Assembly: GCF_018350175.1 (NCBI RefSeq)
Contig: NC_058368.1
Coordinates: forward strand, 67,830,001 to 67,894,000
Length of the DNA: 64,000 nt
Source: Felis catus
Lineage: Eukaryota
Direction of reading: 5' to 3'
This document shows, piece by piece, positions 21,980-36,062 of this stretch (position 1 is its first letter; every line of letters starts with the position of its first letter). Made by a program: the position numbers and the translations under genes. The notes beneath the pieces are model-generated. The model did no database searches. It was given only the letters and a program-made list of their open reading frames with translations, and had not been told where the DNA came from.

Positions 21980-23118
21980 TGGAGATGTCATTTTAGATAG
22001 GATGGTCAGGATATAACTCTGAAATGCATGGTATTATTTCTGTTCTGTGAAGGTAGAAACTGAGTCGCACCGAGATTAAGTGACTTGTCCACTGTAGCAC
22101 AGTTCAAAAACCTTGGTGGAATTCAAATCACTCTAATCAAAGAATTAATGCAGTGCAACCAGGGGTCTTGAATTAATTCAAAGATAAAGTTATTAACAAG
22201 TTTGTCAAAGCGTGTGAGTTGATAACATCATTGTGTCCGAGTAGCTGAAATGTTCTAACATTAACTCTCATCTATAAAGAACTTGAGAACTACAGAAAGA
22301 TCAGTCTCATTTACATACTTATCAAGGAGATAATATCTATTATCATAAGAGTGGAATTATTGAGTACACACGCACACTTTGTCCAGTGTGATAGAACAAA
22401 ATGGTTTTTTTTTTTTTTTTTGAGGATGAACAAGATTTGTCTTAGAAGAGGAAAATTCTCTGGTTGGGATAAAAATGGTGTTTGGAGGACAATAATATTT
22501 ATTTAGTTTAAGAAAGAGATTTTTTTCTTGTTAATTGTTAGCTAGTGAGAGAAAATTAATTGGGAATTGCATTTCAAATTAAACAACTTACTTTCACTTT
22601 CTGTGAAAGAAAAGTAAAATATTCTATTCACCTGAATTTTATGAACAGAAAAAGCATCATATAAGAAAGACAACATATAAGGGATAGTAATGGACTTTAA
22701 TTATTATTATTATGACCAGCTAAATGGAAAAGAGAGCAAGAGAGTGATGGACAGAAGAAGGAGGCTCAGCAAGCTCTAAGGGAAATGTGTTAGTTAGAAG
22801 TAAATCATGCTTGTCACACTGTGTTTTGGACATCAGAGTAAATTGTCACCTGTTAACATTACTTTTGGAAGGTTTTCAGCAGGTAAGAATAGTCTTCAGT
22901 TCCTCAGTGCTCTGAGAAACATGTTGCAAATAAAAGCATATCAATGCCAGCTCACATTTATTTATTCATTCTCATATTTTATGCTTAATTTAAATATTGT
23001 GAAAAAATTCTAGGTATGCCGCATGACATAAGATGAAAATGGTTTCCCATCTCCAATACCACTCCCCAGAGGCAATCACTTCTATATTTTTCTGTGTATA
23101 TGACATAGAGATATATAG

Positions 23119-23121
<3 letters not shown>

Positions 23122-23165
<44 letters not shown>
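23122..23165. repeat. (CA)n microsatellite
   Basis: Directly visible. Confidence 0.97.
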
Positions 23166-23171
<6 letters not shown>

Positions 23172-23687
23172 ACATCTTTATCCCCTAATTAATCAACATT
23201 AGAAAGTATTTGTTGAATACCAATCATGAAAGAGTGGTTTACTTCATACATCCTTCAGGTAGTATTTCATTCTTGTTCTCTCATCTCACATTTTAAAAGC
23301 AGTTTGTTCTTATTTTATGACTGCAGTATCCTCTTGATTCTCTCTGACGATACTAATTAGGTTCTTAAATTATTTTCACTTTCTCTGGAGTCAGTTTCTA
23401 ATCTTCATGCCTCTCGATCATCTTGCATTTTGTTTTTTATTTTCAAAATGTTTGATATTTATTTCTCTGTTTACATTTAAAAATGATGGGTTCCCCACTT
23501 ACAGGAAGTGACAAAAGTATGGAAATATGTATGACCAAGGCTACTCTTTATAGCACTATTTGTAGTAGTAAAAGATTGGAAATAACTGAAATATCCATCA
23601 ATTGGGGACTGGTTGAATGATCTATGGAACATCTTCAGAATGGAGTACTATGATCGTGTAAAAAAAAGATCAGGAAGATGTAGTTTG

Positions 23688-23727
<40 letters not shown>
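23688..23727. repeat. (ATCT)10 tetranucleotide STR
   Basis: Directly visible. Confidence 0.97.
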
Positions 23728-24843
23728 GAGGAGTCATTGTGGGATATATTTGTAAGTAGAACAAAAGGTAAGGTGGAGAAAAGTGTGTGTAGTGTGATAC
23801 TATTTACTGAGAAAGGGAAAATCTAAATATAAATCTGTACACATGCACTTATATTTTAAGACAGAAGGGTAAACCATGAAATTTAAAAAAGTTAGCTTTT
23901 GAAGAGGGAGGGAATAGAATTATGCTATTTTGTCAATTTTCCTTTGGAACCATGCACTTATTTTACCTAATTATAATACAAAGTTGAATTTTAAAGGATA
24001 ATCATCTCAAACCAGTAGTAAAATGAAATAGATGAATCTGATTGTATATTTATTTGGCAATGTAACCACACAGGGATGAGCCATCCCAAGTGATTTAAAA
24101 CACAGTGATCTGTATATTCTTGGAAGGATGTGCCCCCAAGGATGAAAATACTTGCAAAACACTTAAAATTGTTTTTAGCAATTATATCATTGATGATAGT
24201 CTTGAAATCAGACTGTGTATTGCACAATAAAGAAAACTAGTAATTATGTTGGTGCTATTGAGGACTGGGGTTTTGGGCAGGGAGGATGGATGTAGAAGAT
24301 CAATGAGATTAAGTCGTGTTAGCTTTCTCCACCAAAAAAACTGCAGAAAGAATGATCAACTCAGCAATGGACACCCCCAGCACCTAGGTTGTTGTTTCTA
24401 AATACCATCTTAAGCTAAAATGAAAGAACTTCTTGAAGAAATGGCTGATACCTGGTCAGGGGTAAGAAATATACAAAATGAACCCACAATATTTTGTCAT
24501 TCTAGAAAGGAAACTGCCCTGCTAGGGTCATGTTGAAAGAAGTGAGGAGCCAATTCATATTGGCTCCTTCTGGAGAAAGCTGGGAAAGTTTACACATCAT
24601 CAAAAAGAGTAACTGCAATGAATTTCAACATATCAAATATGTTTAAATCTATGGATTCATAATAAAACAAACAACTCTCACCCCAAAACGACTCCAAAAT
24701 TCAAGGATAACTTTTGTAAGGTACAAAACTCAATTTTTAAAAAAAGGCTGGTGAATAAAGGGAAAAATTAGCATTTATCTTGCCTTTCTTATATAAACAG
24801 TACCCGAGGATAACCAAATATTTGATGAGAAGAAGCTTATCTT

Positions 24844-25055
24844 AAAAAAAATTTTTTTTAACATTTATTCATTTTTTGAGAGACAGAGTGTGAGTGGGGG
24901 AGGGGCAGAGACAGAGGGAGACACAGAATCCAAAGCAAGCTCCAGGCTCTGAACTGACAGCACAAAGCCTGACACGGGGCTCGAACCCACAAACCGTGAG
25001 ATCATGACCTGAGCCAAAGTCAGACACTTAACCTACTGAACCACCCAGGCACCCC
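24844..25055 (-). mobile_element. SINEC
   Basis: Full SINEC body; TSD aagaagcttatctt at 24830-24843 and 25057-25070. Confidence 0.96.
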
Positions 25056-27124
25056 AAAGAAGCTTATCTTTATAGGAGTATTCCAGATAATAAATGAGGA
25101 AGGTATGATTGAATGAGAATGTCATCTTTGTGCAACCCTAATGAATTATTTGATTCAGGCAGTGGTTATCAATACTTTGCAGAAGAAGACACAAACAGAC
25201 ATTATTTCCCTCCTGATGGACGTATACACACTATATTTGAAATGGTCTTGCCCCCCACCCTCTGAACTGAACCAGTATCAGACCAAGCTTTCCATAAATC
25301 TATCAATGTGTAAGAAATGTGGCTGGTAGAGGAATATATTAGGTGATGCTATGGAGAAGCAGTCAGTAAAGTCTAGACTTTGAGACACTCTACTGAACAG
25401 ACAATGTGATTTCTTCAACAAATTAAATTTCAGAGAAGAAAAAAAGAGACAGAAAGAAAATCTATAGACTATAAGAAATCAAGAAACTTACCAACCAATC
25501 ATAATGTATTTCCTTGTTTTGGTACTGATTCAAATAAGCAAATTGTAGTTTTTAAAGATTGTTTGTAGGACAAATCAAGTAGATGAACACTGAATGATGG
25601 TGTGAAGGAATTGTTGATTTTGGGGAGCTGTGACTTAGTTATTTTGGTTATGGTTTGGAAGGGGAATCTTTGTCTTCTGGAGAAACATACCTAATTTAAT
25701 GGTGGAATGGTATAACGTCTGGGAATTTCAAAACAATTTTGTGGGTTGGTGAAAGTAAGTTAGGGTATGTAAAGGTCAAGACTGGCCATGAATTAATACT
25801 TTTGAAGGTGGGTATTGGGGGTGTCTACTTTTGTATATGTTTGGAATTTTCCATAAATAAAAGTATAAAAGTATAAAGAATAGAAAAACCAGTTTGGGTT
25901 AAAAATAGGTAGCCAGCATAGGTTTCTTTGGTGACTCAGAGGGATTTTTTAGCTGTAAGACCTCTTCCCTGTGAGGAGGGATGCCTTTGAGTTCCATGTA
26001 ACTAGGTGGGGGAGCTTTAACTGGCAGACTTCACTTGGGGCTGTGCAAGATATGTACTGCTTGTTCACATGCAAATAGAAGGAGGACTCCACTTTGGGAG
26101 TACTCACCCCTGCTCCAGAATTATATCTGCCTTGGTAAATTCTTAGCAGAGCAGATCTTAGGTTTTATTTTAGGGTAAATGCCCTGGCTATCAGTCTCTA
26201 TCTATGAGGGTAAGGAGTGTTCCAAAAATAAGTCTTTGAGTAAATTAGCCCGATTGCCATTATATAGCCCACTGGGGACACATTCTATGTGAGATCTCTT
26301 AGTTTGGAGTAAATCTATCTGTTCCAAGCATCATTTATATCAGACACCTGGGAACCGGCTTTGTCCTTGCTCTTTTGTAGACCAGGAATACTTCTTTACA
26401 GGTAGGAGTAGACAATATGGAAGGTTGGAACTGTCCTCTGGGAAAAGATGCTATTGCCTCATGAAGGAAGGACATGTCTGATGAAGTGAAAAGTAGAGCT
26501 GGATCTTTTATTTAGATTTCTAATAGCTACCGACCAGATTTTGTATAGAGGACTATTTTAAAAGCCAAAGTGTATCGGCTTTAGGCCAAATACTAATAAA
26601 TGGAGAGACTGGGCTCACACTAAGGAAATAAGCAAGTCTTTCAGTAGATGAAGTTAATGGATTAATAAAATAAAATAGTGCAGAAACTGTCAGATTTTTA
26701 CGTAGTTAAGTCAAGAGACAGGTTTGAACAGTGAAATTTACATATTGGGAAATGACAAACTCGATTAAGTAGTAAAATAAGATATTAGTGGACAGAAAAG
26801 TGAGAATTGAATGTAACTGAGTCCTGGGCAAAGTGTCTTTAAAATAAGAGATCCAGACTATATCTGTAATAGTCTAAATGCCATTTAAACTGGGCTCCTT
26901 ATCCACTCTACCAGGACTGCACCGTTGAAGGCTATTGTTAACTCTGTATTTTGCAAAACACCAGCACACTCATGCATCACTAACCAAACTCTTTATCTTT
27001 CTCATTCTCCCTGCTGCATACTAGCATCATCTTTATTTAGCATCTGGCTTTTCCTATCGAAATTCCTGGTAATGCTGTCTTTTCACTCCTTGTGCTCATG
27101 ATCTTGAAATCATTATTTATCCAG

Positions 27125-27245
27125 GCATTCATTCAACACACATTTATCCGTGCTTGCACCCACCAGGCTCTGTCCTAGGTGCTGGGGATACTGCGGTGAG
27201 CCAAATGAATAAGGTCCCTCCCAGCATGTATGGAGTTAAGAGTCA
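27125..27245 (-). mobile_element. L2 3' end fragment
   Basis: cattcattcaacacacatttat...ccaggctctgtcctaggtgctggggatac. Confidence 0.75.
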
Positions 27246-27854
27246 TACAGAGATCACTCATGGCCCTTCCTGTCCCTAGGGCCAATGTACAGGGTCAATC
27301 CAGTTTCTCTCAACATTATCACCTTTTCCTTGGCATCTCTAAAATCATCCTCACCACCGTCTGTTTTAGATTATGGTTATGTGTCTATCATGCCATTAGG
27401 TTAGGAACAGAATTCATTTCTTATGTATTTTCCTTTCCCACCTTCCAAACCCTTATTTATATGCACCCCCTTTGTGTGCAGTAGTGAGGGACTTTAAAGC
27501 AGATGACCAGATGCCTTACACAGCGCCATGCCTCTCTCAGCCGGCAGTGTGATGCCTTCCTCCATATTTGTCAGCTTCCTACCAGGAGGAGAGTGAAAAT
27601 TACATCTGCCTCCCTTCTCTGATATTGAGCGTTATTGTTAGAACTCTTCCGCCTCAATTATAGTGTTTGTTGTTTCTTTTGAAAATAAAAAAGTTGCTTT
27701 TATTAATAAAATTTTAGGGGTTCCTCCTGGAGGCATAGACATAAGAAATGGTTAATAAATATTCATAAAAAATTTTTCAACTATTCTTAATGATATCAAT
27801 AGAATCTTGAAATCGGGAGATTAATTGCTGTATCGGAAGCACTTGACGTATAAA

Positions 27855-28070
27855 CAGTAAGAATGATTGAGTACTTATAGGTACCTGGTACTAAGCCAAG
27901 TCTTTTATATGGAGTAACTCGTTTAGAACTCACAATTGAATGAGCCAAGTATCTCTCTTTTGATATTTTACTGCAGGTTAAGACTCTGAGGCTTAAAGAC
28001 ATTGAATAATTTGTTCATAGCTAGCAAGTGGTGAGTCTGAGATTTGAACTAATCACAATTGTATCAAAGT
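27855..28070 (-). mobile_element. MIR relic
   Basis: attgagtacttataggtacctggtacta...ttttactgcaggttaagactctgaggctta...gagatttgaact. Confidence 0.6.
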
Positions 28071-28092
28071 ATCAAATAGAAACCTTGCTGGA

Positions 28093-28291
28093 TTTTCTCT
28101 TCCTCCCTCCCTCCCTTCCTTTCTTCCTTCCTTCCTTCCTTCCTTCCTTCCTTCCTTCCTTCCTTCCTTCCTTCCTTCCTTCTTTCCTTCCTTTCTTCTT
28201 TCCTTCCTTCCTTCCTTCCTTCCTTCCTTCCTTCCTTCCTTCCTTCCTCCCTCCCCCTCTCCCTCCCTCCCTCCCTCCCTTCCTTCCTTTT
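28093..28291. repeat. 199 nt pure polypyrimidine tract, (CCTT)n core with (CCCT)n flanks
   Basis: Directly visible; no purine on the plus strand. Confidence 0.97.
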
Positions 28292-30962
28292 GTGGATAGC
28301 TTATAAACAGGTATATGGAACCAGATTGTATGACTACATTTGGTATGGCACTATGTATCAATAGTTCATTTACCGTAACATACTTAATTTTTTAAAAATA
28401 ATAGTCTGCTTCAGATACTAATATTAATGTTCTATTATCACATGCGTTTATTGTTAGTGAATGGTGGCCACTGGTTGAAATTCAGTTGTTAAATTATACG
28501 TTGCATGTAATACAGAAGTACATTGTTATTTTATTACATAAACTACTCAACACAATTGAATCTAGAGGTTTTATTTTCTGTAATATATGGTACTATATTA
28601 AAAAAAATCCTCTACTCTGAATTCATGGTGTATTACAGAACTTTTTTTTTTTTTAACTTCTAACTGTGAGAAACTTTGGAAGCTCATTTTCTCAGAAGAG
28701 GAGCAGTTGGTCTTTGAATGTATGCCCATTTATATTTCTTCCTGCAAGTCATTTACATTTACATGTTTTAGTTATTGAATCGTGCTCCTAAAATGTCAAA
28801 TGCAATTATTATAGTTAGCAATGGCTGGAAAAACTTCCCTCCAAATATTTTCCTCAGGAAAGAAGAGATTTATTCTGCCTGTTTGAGCTCAGTAGCCAGA
28901 AGCTTCCAGGTTATTTAGCTGTCCTCTGGCATCTTCACAGACCTCTAGCAGCAGCACTGCCTACCGTCTGCTTTTCAGAACCTCTTGCTGGAAATTGCGC
29001 TCTTGAAGCTACACAAGAGGCTATGTTCTGGAAGGCTGATCTTGATGGAGAAGCTCGCTTCCATTTCAGAGCTCTTGTGGTCTGTCACCAAGACTTTCCT
29101 AGAAGAGAATCCATTATCTCTGAACAGCACTTCTTGAAAATAGTTTCTCTAGACTAAAACAGATCTTCTGGGTTTATATCCACATCTCTGTCCTGGTTTG
29201 TTTCAATTTATCTATTTTTGCTGCAGGCTATCAAAGGACTTTTCCTTGATGATTTTTTTTTTTAACCAGCAGTTATTTTTACTTAATAATACCTCATATG
29301 TTGAGTAATTTCTGGTTTTAAAAGCACTCACACCTACCCTATTTTGTTTTGTCTGCTCCATAAGCCTAGGAGTTAGGAGAAGAACTTTTATTAGATGAGA
29401 TACCGCAACTTGGAAGACGTTCAGGGACTCAGGTAATGCCACAGCTAGTTGGCGAAGGGGTCAGTCAGAACTCCAGCTTAGAATTTGTGACTGTTGGTCC
29501 ACACCTCTTGAGACTAGACCACGCTGCTCATATAGCACATTTTCAAAATAGCATTCTTCATAAATTGATTCATTCAATTAATTTGCGTTTCTGAGGCTTT
29601 GCTGTATTGCCGACCCTTGACTTTTCCTAAAATGATATTGAACCCCGCAATTCATTATGACTTCTGGGGCACAGCGATTGAAAAAGCTGCTGAAAGTATG
29701 CCGGGACATAAAGGCAATGTCTTCATGATTTAAGACAAGAATCCTTTATTCCTGAAATAATTCTGTTCACTAATGTGATCAGGGAGCTCAATTTCAGTTT
29801 GACAGAGGTTTCAAAATAGAACTTCATGAGGGAAAACTGCAATTAGATATTCATGGGTAATATTCTTAAGTTTGTGAAGTAGAATGTTAATGAAGAGGAG
29901 TATTGATTTTATTTTAGCTTAATTATACTACATTTGCTGTTATATCTGCTGCAGATTGTAAAGGACTTGGTATCATTACTTTGCTTTTCTTCTTGTTCTG
30001 TACCTGTTGTGCTTAAAGGCATAGAACTCCTTAGAACCTGCAGCAGAGATAACATGAAATGTAATATACCTGTTGTGAGTAAGCAAATAAAATCCTTAAC
30101 ACAATTCCTTGTACTAACACTTGGTTGCAAAATAATGTCATTGTCTTACCTTTTTCTCTCTGGAGGTCCTCCTCTGAACTAGACCTCTGTGAGATTAGGA
30201 TTCAAATGCATAGAATTGCAGGAAAATAGCCAGCCCATCACTCCCAACCTAAATTATTAGCTTCCTTTGCAAAGTCTTCTGCAATTTCTTCCTTCACCCA
30301 GTATTTGGAAATTAAGAATTTCCATTTTGTGGAGGGGAGCTGTTGTCAGTAGGCTCCTCCTGGGTGAATTAAAGACGTGATAGAGATTGTTCGAGAGCTG
30401 CTGCTAGATAGCAGTGGAGCCTAACATGAGACAAGACCCTGTTGTTTTTCTGTTACCAAATGTTGTGGATAATAACAATCATTTTGATAACCTCCATTTT
30501 CTTGGAAAATGATTGAATCGAAAATATAAGCTTGGAAATTACTGCGTGCTATGTTAAAGCCTTTGCGGGGGAAAGCCTGTAGGGAAGTTGATTTTTCTTC
30601 ACCTTTGCTATTGTCTAGCTCTGGCTTCATGTTCGATGAGGGGGAGGCTAAAGAAAAACATGTGGATTTCTACCGAGGTCACACCCCAGGTCAATGACCC
30701 AAGAAACCTGGATGCTTCAGAGTGGAAAAGTCTTTGGATGATCTCCACTTTACTTACTGTGTCTTAGGGGAAATTGCAGTGGTACCTGGGGGTATTAGTC
30801 AGTTCTCCTCTCCAGTCCTAACCCCATCCTCTCAGTTATAACGCAAGAGAAAGCTTCACCGAGCACAGCTCCTCTCTGCCCTGTTCTGTTTGACGCCCAG
30901 ATAGACCTTGATTCAGGTTCCCTTAGTCTTTCCATGGCCACATTGTAAGCATATCCTCTTCT

Positions 30963-31332
30963 AAAGGGAATTCGAATACATGTTACAACATGGATGAATC
31001 TTGAGGGTATTGTGCTCAGTGAAATAAGCCAGACACAAAAGGATAGATGTGGTAGGATTCCACTACTATGAGCTTCCTAGAGCAGTCAAATTTATAGAGA
31101 CAGAAAGTAGATTGGTGGTCTCCAGGGGCTGGGAAGAGGTGGGGTTGGGAAGTTACTGTTTAACGGGGACAGAGTTTCAATTTTGCAAGGTGTAGAGAGT
31201 TCTAGAGATGGGTAGTGGTGATGGTTGCACAATATTGTGAATGCATTTAATGCTACTCAACCATGACCCTTAAACATTGTCAAGGTGGAAAAATGTGTTA
31301 TGTGTTTTTACAATGTAAAAAGAATTTAAAAA
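30963..31332 (+). mobile_element. L1MB-class 3' end
   Basis: acaacatggatgaatcttgag...agtgaaataagccagacacaaaagga...agagacagaaagtagattggtgg...ggtgatggttgcacaatattgtgaatg. Confidence 0.85.
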
Positions 31333-32038
31333 ATCTTCTATCATGCCATTCATTATGTTTATATTTTCTCCCCTCAACTAGATAATCTCACCTTTTCTCA
31401 CCTACAAAATGCTCACCAGGTACTCAAATGTGGGAATTGTATCCACCCTTTCTTTCACCCACACAGCCAGTCCGTCCCCGAGGACAGGTGATTTTACTCT
31501 CAAAATATGCTGCTTTTCATCTGCCACAAAGGCTAGACCACCATGCTCTCTCCCCTCGATTCCTGTGGTACCCTCCTAAGTGGTTTCCAACTATGTCTTT
31601 CCAGCCTTTTTTGCAGTTCCTCCTACATGGAATGTTCTTCCTCCATTATTTTTTTCCATTTTTAACTTTTTTAAAATTTAATTTTTGTTTTCAATTTACA
31701 TCCAAGTTAGCATATAGTGCAACAATGATCTCAGGAGTAGATTCCTTAATGCCCCTTACCCATTTGGCCCATCCTCCCTCCCACAACCCCTCCAGTAACC
31801 CTCTGTTTATTCTCTATGTTTAAGTCTCTTATGTTTTGTCCCCTTCCCTGTTTTTATATTATTTTTGTTTCCCTTCCCTTATGTTCATCTCTTTTGTCTT
31901 TTAAAGTCCTCATATAAGTGAAATAATATTATTTTTGTCTTTCTCTGACTAATTTCACTTAGCATAATACCCTCTAGTTCCAACCACGTAGTTGCAAATG
32001 GCAAGATTTATTCTTTTTGATTGCCAAATAATACTCCA

Positions 32039-32085
32039 TTGTGTGTGTGTGTGTGTGTGTATGTGTGTGTGTGTGTGTATGTATA
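32039..32085. repeat. (TG)n microsatellite inside L1 ORF2 3' end
   Basis: Directly visible, interrupts the coding frame. Confidence 0.95.
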
Positions 32086-35000
32086 TACACCACATCTTCT
32101 TTATCCATTCATCCATTGATGGACATTTGGGCTCTTTCCCTACTTTGGCTATTGTTGATAGTGCTGCTATAAACATTGGGGTGCATGTGCCCCTTCAAAA
32201 CAGCATACCTGTATCCTTTGGATAAATGCCTACTAGTGCAATTGCTGGGTCATAGGGTAGTTCTATTTTTAGTTTTTTGTGGACCCTCCATACTGTTTTC
32301 CAGAGTGATTGCACCAGTTTGCATTCCCACCAGCAGTCCAAAAGAGATCCTCTTTCTCCACATCCTTACCAACATCTGTTGTTGCTTGAGTTGTTAATGT
32401 TAGCCATTCTGAGAGGTGTGAGGTGGTATCTCATTGTGGTTTTGATTTGTATTTCCCTGATGATGAGTGCTGTTGGGCATCTTTTCATGTGTTGGTTGGC
32501 GGTTTGGATGTCTTCTTTGGAGAAGTGTCTATTCGTGTCTTTTGCCCATTTCTTCACTGGATTATTTGTTTTTTGGGTATAGAGTTTGATAAATTCTTCG
32601 TAGATTTTGGATATTAACCCTATCTGATATGTCATTTGCAAATATCTTCTCCCATTCTGTCGGTTGCCTTTTAGTTTTTCTGATTGTTTCCTTCGCCGTG
32701 CAGAAGCTTTTTATTTTGATGAGGTCCCAATAGTTCATTTTTGCTTCTGTTTCCGTTGCCTCCGGAGACATGTTGAGTAAGAAGTTGCTGCAGCCAAGGT
32801 CAGAGAAGTTTTCGCCTGCTTTCTCCTCAAGGATTTTGATGGCTTCCTGTCTTACATTGAGGTCTTTCATCCATTTTGAGTTTATTTTTGTGTATGGTGT
32901 AAGAAAGTGGTCCAGGTTCATTCTTCTGCATGTCACTGTCCTGTTTTCCCAGACTGTGTTTATTCCACTGGATATTCTTTCCTGCTTTGTCAAAGATTAG
33001 TTGGCCATACGTTTGTGGGTCCATTTCTGGGTTCTCTATTCTGTTCCATTGATTTGACTGTCTATTCTTGTGCCAGTATCATACTGTCTTGATGATTACA
33101 GCTTTGTAATACAGCTTGAAGTCCGGGATTGTGATACCTGCTGCTTTTGTTTTCTTTTTCAAGATTGCTTTGGCTATTTGGCATATGTAATGGTTGCATA
33201 CAGATTTTAGGATTGTTTGTTCTAGCTCTGTGAAGAATGCTAGTGTTATTTTGAAAGGGATTGCATGGAATATGTAGATTTCTTTGGGTAGTATTGACAT
33301 GTTAACAATATTTGTTCTTCCTCTCCAGGAGCATGGAAACTTTTTCCATTTTTTGTGGCTTCTTCAATTTCTTTCATAAGTTTTGTATAGTTTTCAGTGT
33401 ATAGATTTTTCACCTCTTTGGTTAGATTTATTCCTAGGTATTTTATGGGTTTTGGTGCAATTGCAAATGAGATCGATTCCGTGATTTCTCTTTCAGCCAC
33501 TTAATTGTTGGTGTATAGGAATGCAACTGATTTCTGTGCATTGATTTTATATCCTGCAACTTTGCTGAATTCTTGGATGAGTTCCAGCATTTTTTGGTGG
33601 AATCTTTTGTGTTTTCCATATAGAGTATTTTGTCATCTGTGAAGCGTGAAAGTTTGACCTCTTCCTGGCCAGTTTGGATGCCTTTTATTTCTTCATGTTG
33701 TCTGATTGCTGAGCCTAAGACTTTCAATACTATGTTTAATAACAGTGGTGAGAGTGGACATCCCTATCTCATTCCTGACCTTAGGGGAAAGCTCTCAGCT
33801 TTTCCCCATTGAGGATGATATTAGAGTTGGGTCTTTCATATATGGCTTTTATGATCTCAAGGTACGTTCCTTCTATCCCTACTTTCTTAAGGATTTTTAT
33901 TAAGAAATGATGCTGTATTTTGTCAAATGCTTTCTCTGCATCTATTGAGAGGATCATGTGGTTCTTGTCCTTTCTTTTATTGATGTGATGAATCACATTG
34001 ATTGTTTTGTGGATGTTGAACCATCCCTGCATCCCAGGTATAAATCCCACTTGGTCGTGGTGAATAATTTTTTTAATATATTGTTGGATCCGGTTGGCTA
34101 ATATTTTGTTGAGGATTTTTGCATCCATGTTCATCAGGGAATAAGGTCTATAGTTCTCTTTTTTATTGGGGTGTTTGGTTTTGGAATCAAGGTAATGCTG
34201 GCTTCATATAAAGAGTTTGGAAATTTTCCTTCCATTACTATTTTTTGGAAAAGCTTCAAGAGAATAGGTGCTAACTCTTCCTTAAATGTTTGGTAGAATT
34301 CCCTTGGAAAGCCATCTGGCCTTGGAATCTTGTTTTTGGGGGAGATTTTTGATTACTGATTTGATTTCTTTACCGGTTATGGGTGTGTTCAAATTTTCTA
34401 TTTATTCATGTTTCAGTTTTGGTAGTTTATATGTTTCTAGGAATTTGTCTATTTCTTCCAGGTTGCCCATTTTATTGGCATATAATTGCTCATAATATTC
34501 TCTTATTATTGTTTTTATTTCTGCTGTTTTGGTTATGATCTCTCCTCTTTCATTCTTGATTTTACTTATTTGGGCCCTTTCCTTTTTCTTTTTGATTAAC
34601 CTGGCTAGTGGTTTATCAATTTTGTTAATTCTTTCAAAGAACCAGCTTCTAGTTTCATTGATATGTTCTATTATTTTTTGGGTTCGATAGCATTGATTTC
34701 TGCTCAATGTTTATTATTTCCTGTCTTCTGCTGGTTTGGGGCTTTATTTGCTGTTCTTTTTCCAGCTCTTTAAGGTGTCAGGTTAGGTTGTGTATCTGAG
34801 AACTTTCTTTCTTTTTTAGGAAGGCCTGGATTACTATATACTGTCTTCTTACGACCGCCTTTGCTGCGTCCCAGAGGTTTTGGTCTGTGGTGTTATCATT
34901 TTCATTGGCTTCCATGTACTTTTTAATTTCCTATTTAATTTCTTGGTTAGCCCATCATTCTTTACTAGGATTTTCTTTAGTCTCCAAGTGCTTGTTACCT

Positions 35001-35565
35001 TTCCAAATATTTTCTTGTGGTCGATTTTGAGTTTCATAGAGTTGTGGTCTGATATGCATGGTATAATCTCAATCTTTTTGTACTTGTTGAGGGCTAATTT
35101 GTGTCCCAGTATGTGATCTATTCTGGAGAAGGTTCCATGTGCACTGGAAAAGAATGTATATTCCACTGCTTTAGGGTGAAATGTTCTGAACAGATCTGTT
35201 AAGTCCGTCTGGTCCAGCGTGGCATTCAAAGCCATTGTTTCCTTGTTGATTTTCTGTTTAGATGATCTGTCCATTGTTGTAAGTGGGGTGTTGAAGTCCC
35301 CTACTATTATTGTTATTATCTATGAGTTTCTGTGTGTTTGTTGTTAATTGATTTATATATTTGGGTGCTTTCACATGTGGAGCATAAATGTTTACAATTG
35401 TTAGGTCTTCTTGGTGGATAGACCCCTTAATTATGATATAATGCCATTCTTCATCTCTTGTTACAGTCTTTATTTTAAAGTCTAGATTGTCTGATATAAG
35501 TATGGCTACTCTGGCTTTCTTTTGTCGACCATTAGCGTGATAGATGGTTCTCCATCCCCTTACTT

Positions 35566-35785
35566 AAAAAAAAATTTTTTTTAACGTTTATTTATTTTTG
35601 AGACAGAGAGAGACAGAGCATGAACGGGGGAGGGTCAGAGAGAGAGGGAGACACAGAATCTGAAACAGGCTCCAGGCTCTGAGCAGTCAGCACAGAGCCT
35701 GACGCGGGGCTTGAACTCATGGACCACGAGATCATGACCTGAGCCGAAGTCGGACGCTTAACCAACTGAGCCACCCAGGCGCCCC
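35566..35785 (-). mobile_element. Young felid SINEC inserted in the L1 endonuclease region
   Basis: Near-consensus SINEC; perfect 15 bp TSD tccatccccttactt at 35551-35565 and 35786-35800. Confidence 0.97.
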
Positions 35786-36062
35786 TCCATCCCCTTACTT
35801 TTAATCTGAAGGTGTCTTTAGGTCTAAGGTGGATCTCTTGTAAACAGCATAGAGATGGATCTTGTTTTCTTATCCATTCTGTTACCATATGTCTTTTGAT
35901 TGGAGCATTTAGTCCATTGACATTTAGAGTAAGTACTGAAATATATGAATTTATTGCCAGTATGTTTCTTGTAGAGTTGGAGTTTCTGGTGGTGTTCTCT
36001 GGTCCTTTCTAGTCTTTGTTGCTTTTGGTCTTTTTCTTTTCTTTTTATCGTCTTTTATCCCC

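Larger units (their letters stand above)
21527..22135 (-). mobile_element. Nested cluster: MIR split by an L2 fragment (~21660-22025) that contains a truncated SINEC
   Basis: MIR tail at left; L2 motif aacatttactgagcaggc...ctaagcattg; MIR core gaaactgagtcgcaccgagattaagtgacttgtcc at ~22056. Confidence 0.6.
23480..25870 (+). mobile_element. Old L1 (L1MC/MD-class) 3' region with long 3' UTR
   Basis: tttatagcactatttgtagtagtaaaagattggaaataactgaaatatccatcaattggggactggttgaat ORF2 end; ends ctacttttgtatatgtttggaattttccataaataaaag. Confidence 0.7.
31901..35960 (-). pseudogene. L1 ORF2 (endonuclease-reverse transcriptase) remnant
   Basis: Fragments [62 protein letters not shown] (normally FADD), CPSMDEWIKK; many frameshifts and stops; expected start codon reads CTG; SINE insertion. 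Confidence 0.93.

Noticed and set aside
28028..28361. 92 aa and 102 aa low-complexity ORFs (PSFL / GRKE repeats)
   Set aside because: Artefact of the (CCTT)n tract
28980..29157. Open frames after a cttttcag acceptor-like site
   Set aside because: Peptides unrecognisable, frames end in stops, no good donor site
35592..35888. ORFs containing GAWVAQLVKRPTSAQVMIS-like peptides (also at 6627, 41198, 46619, 60394, 60814)
   Set aside because: Translations of SINEC sequence, not host genes
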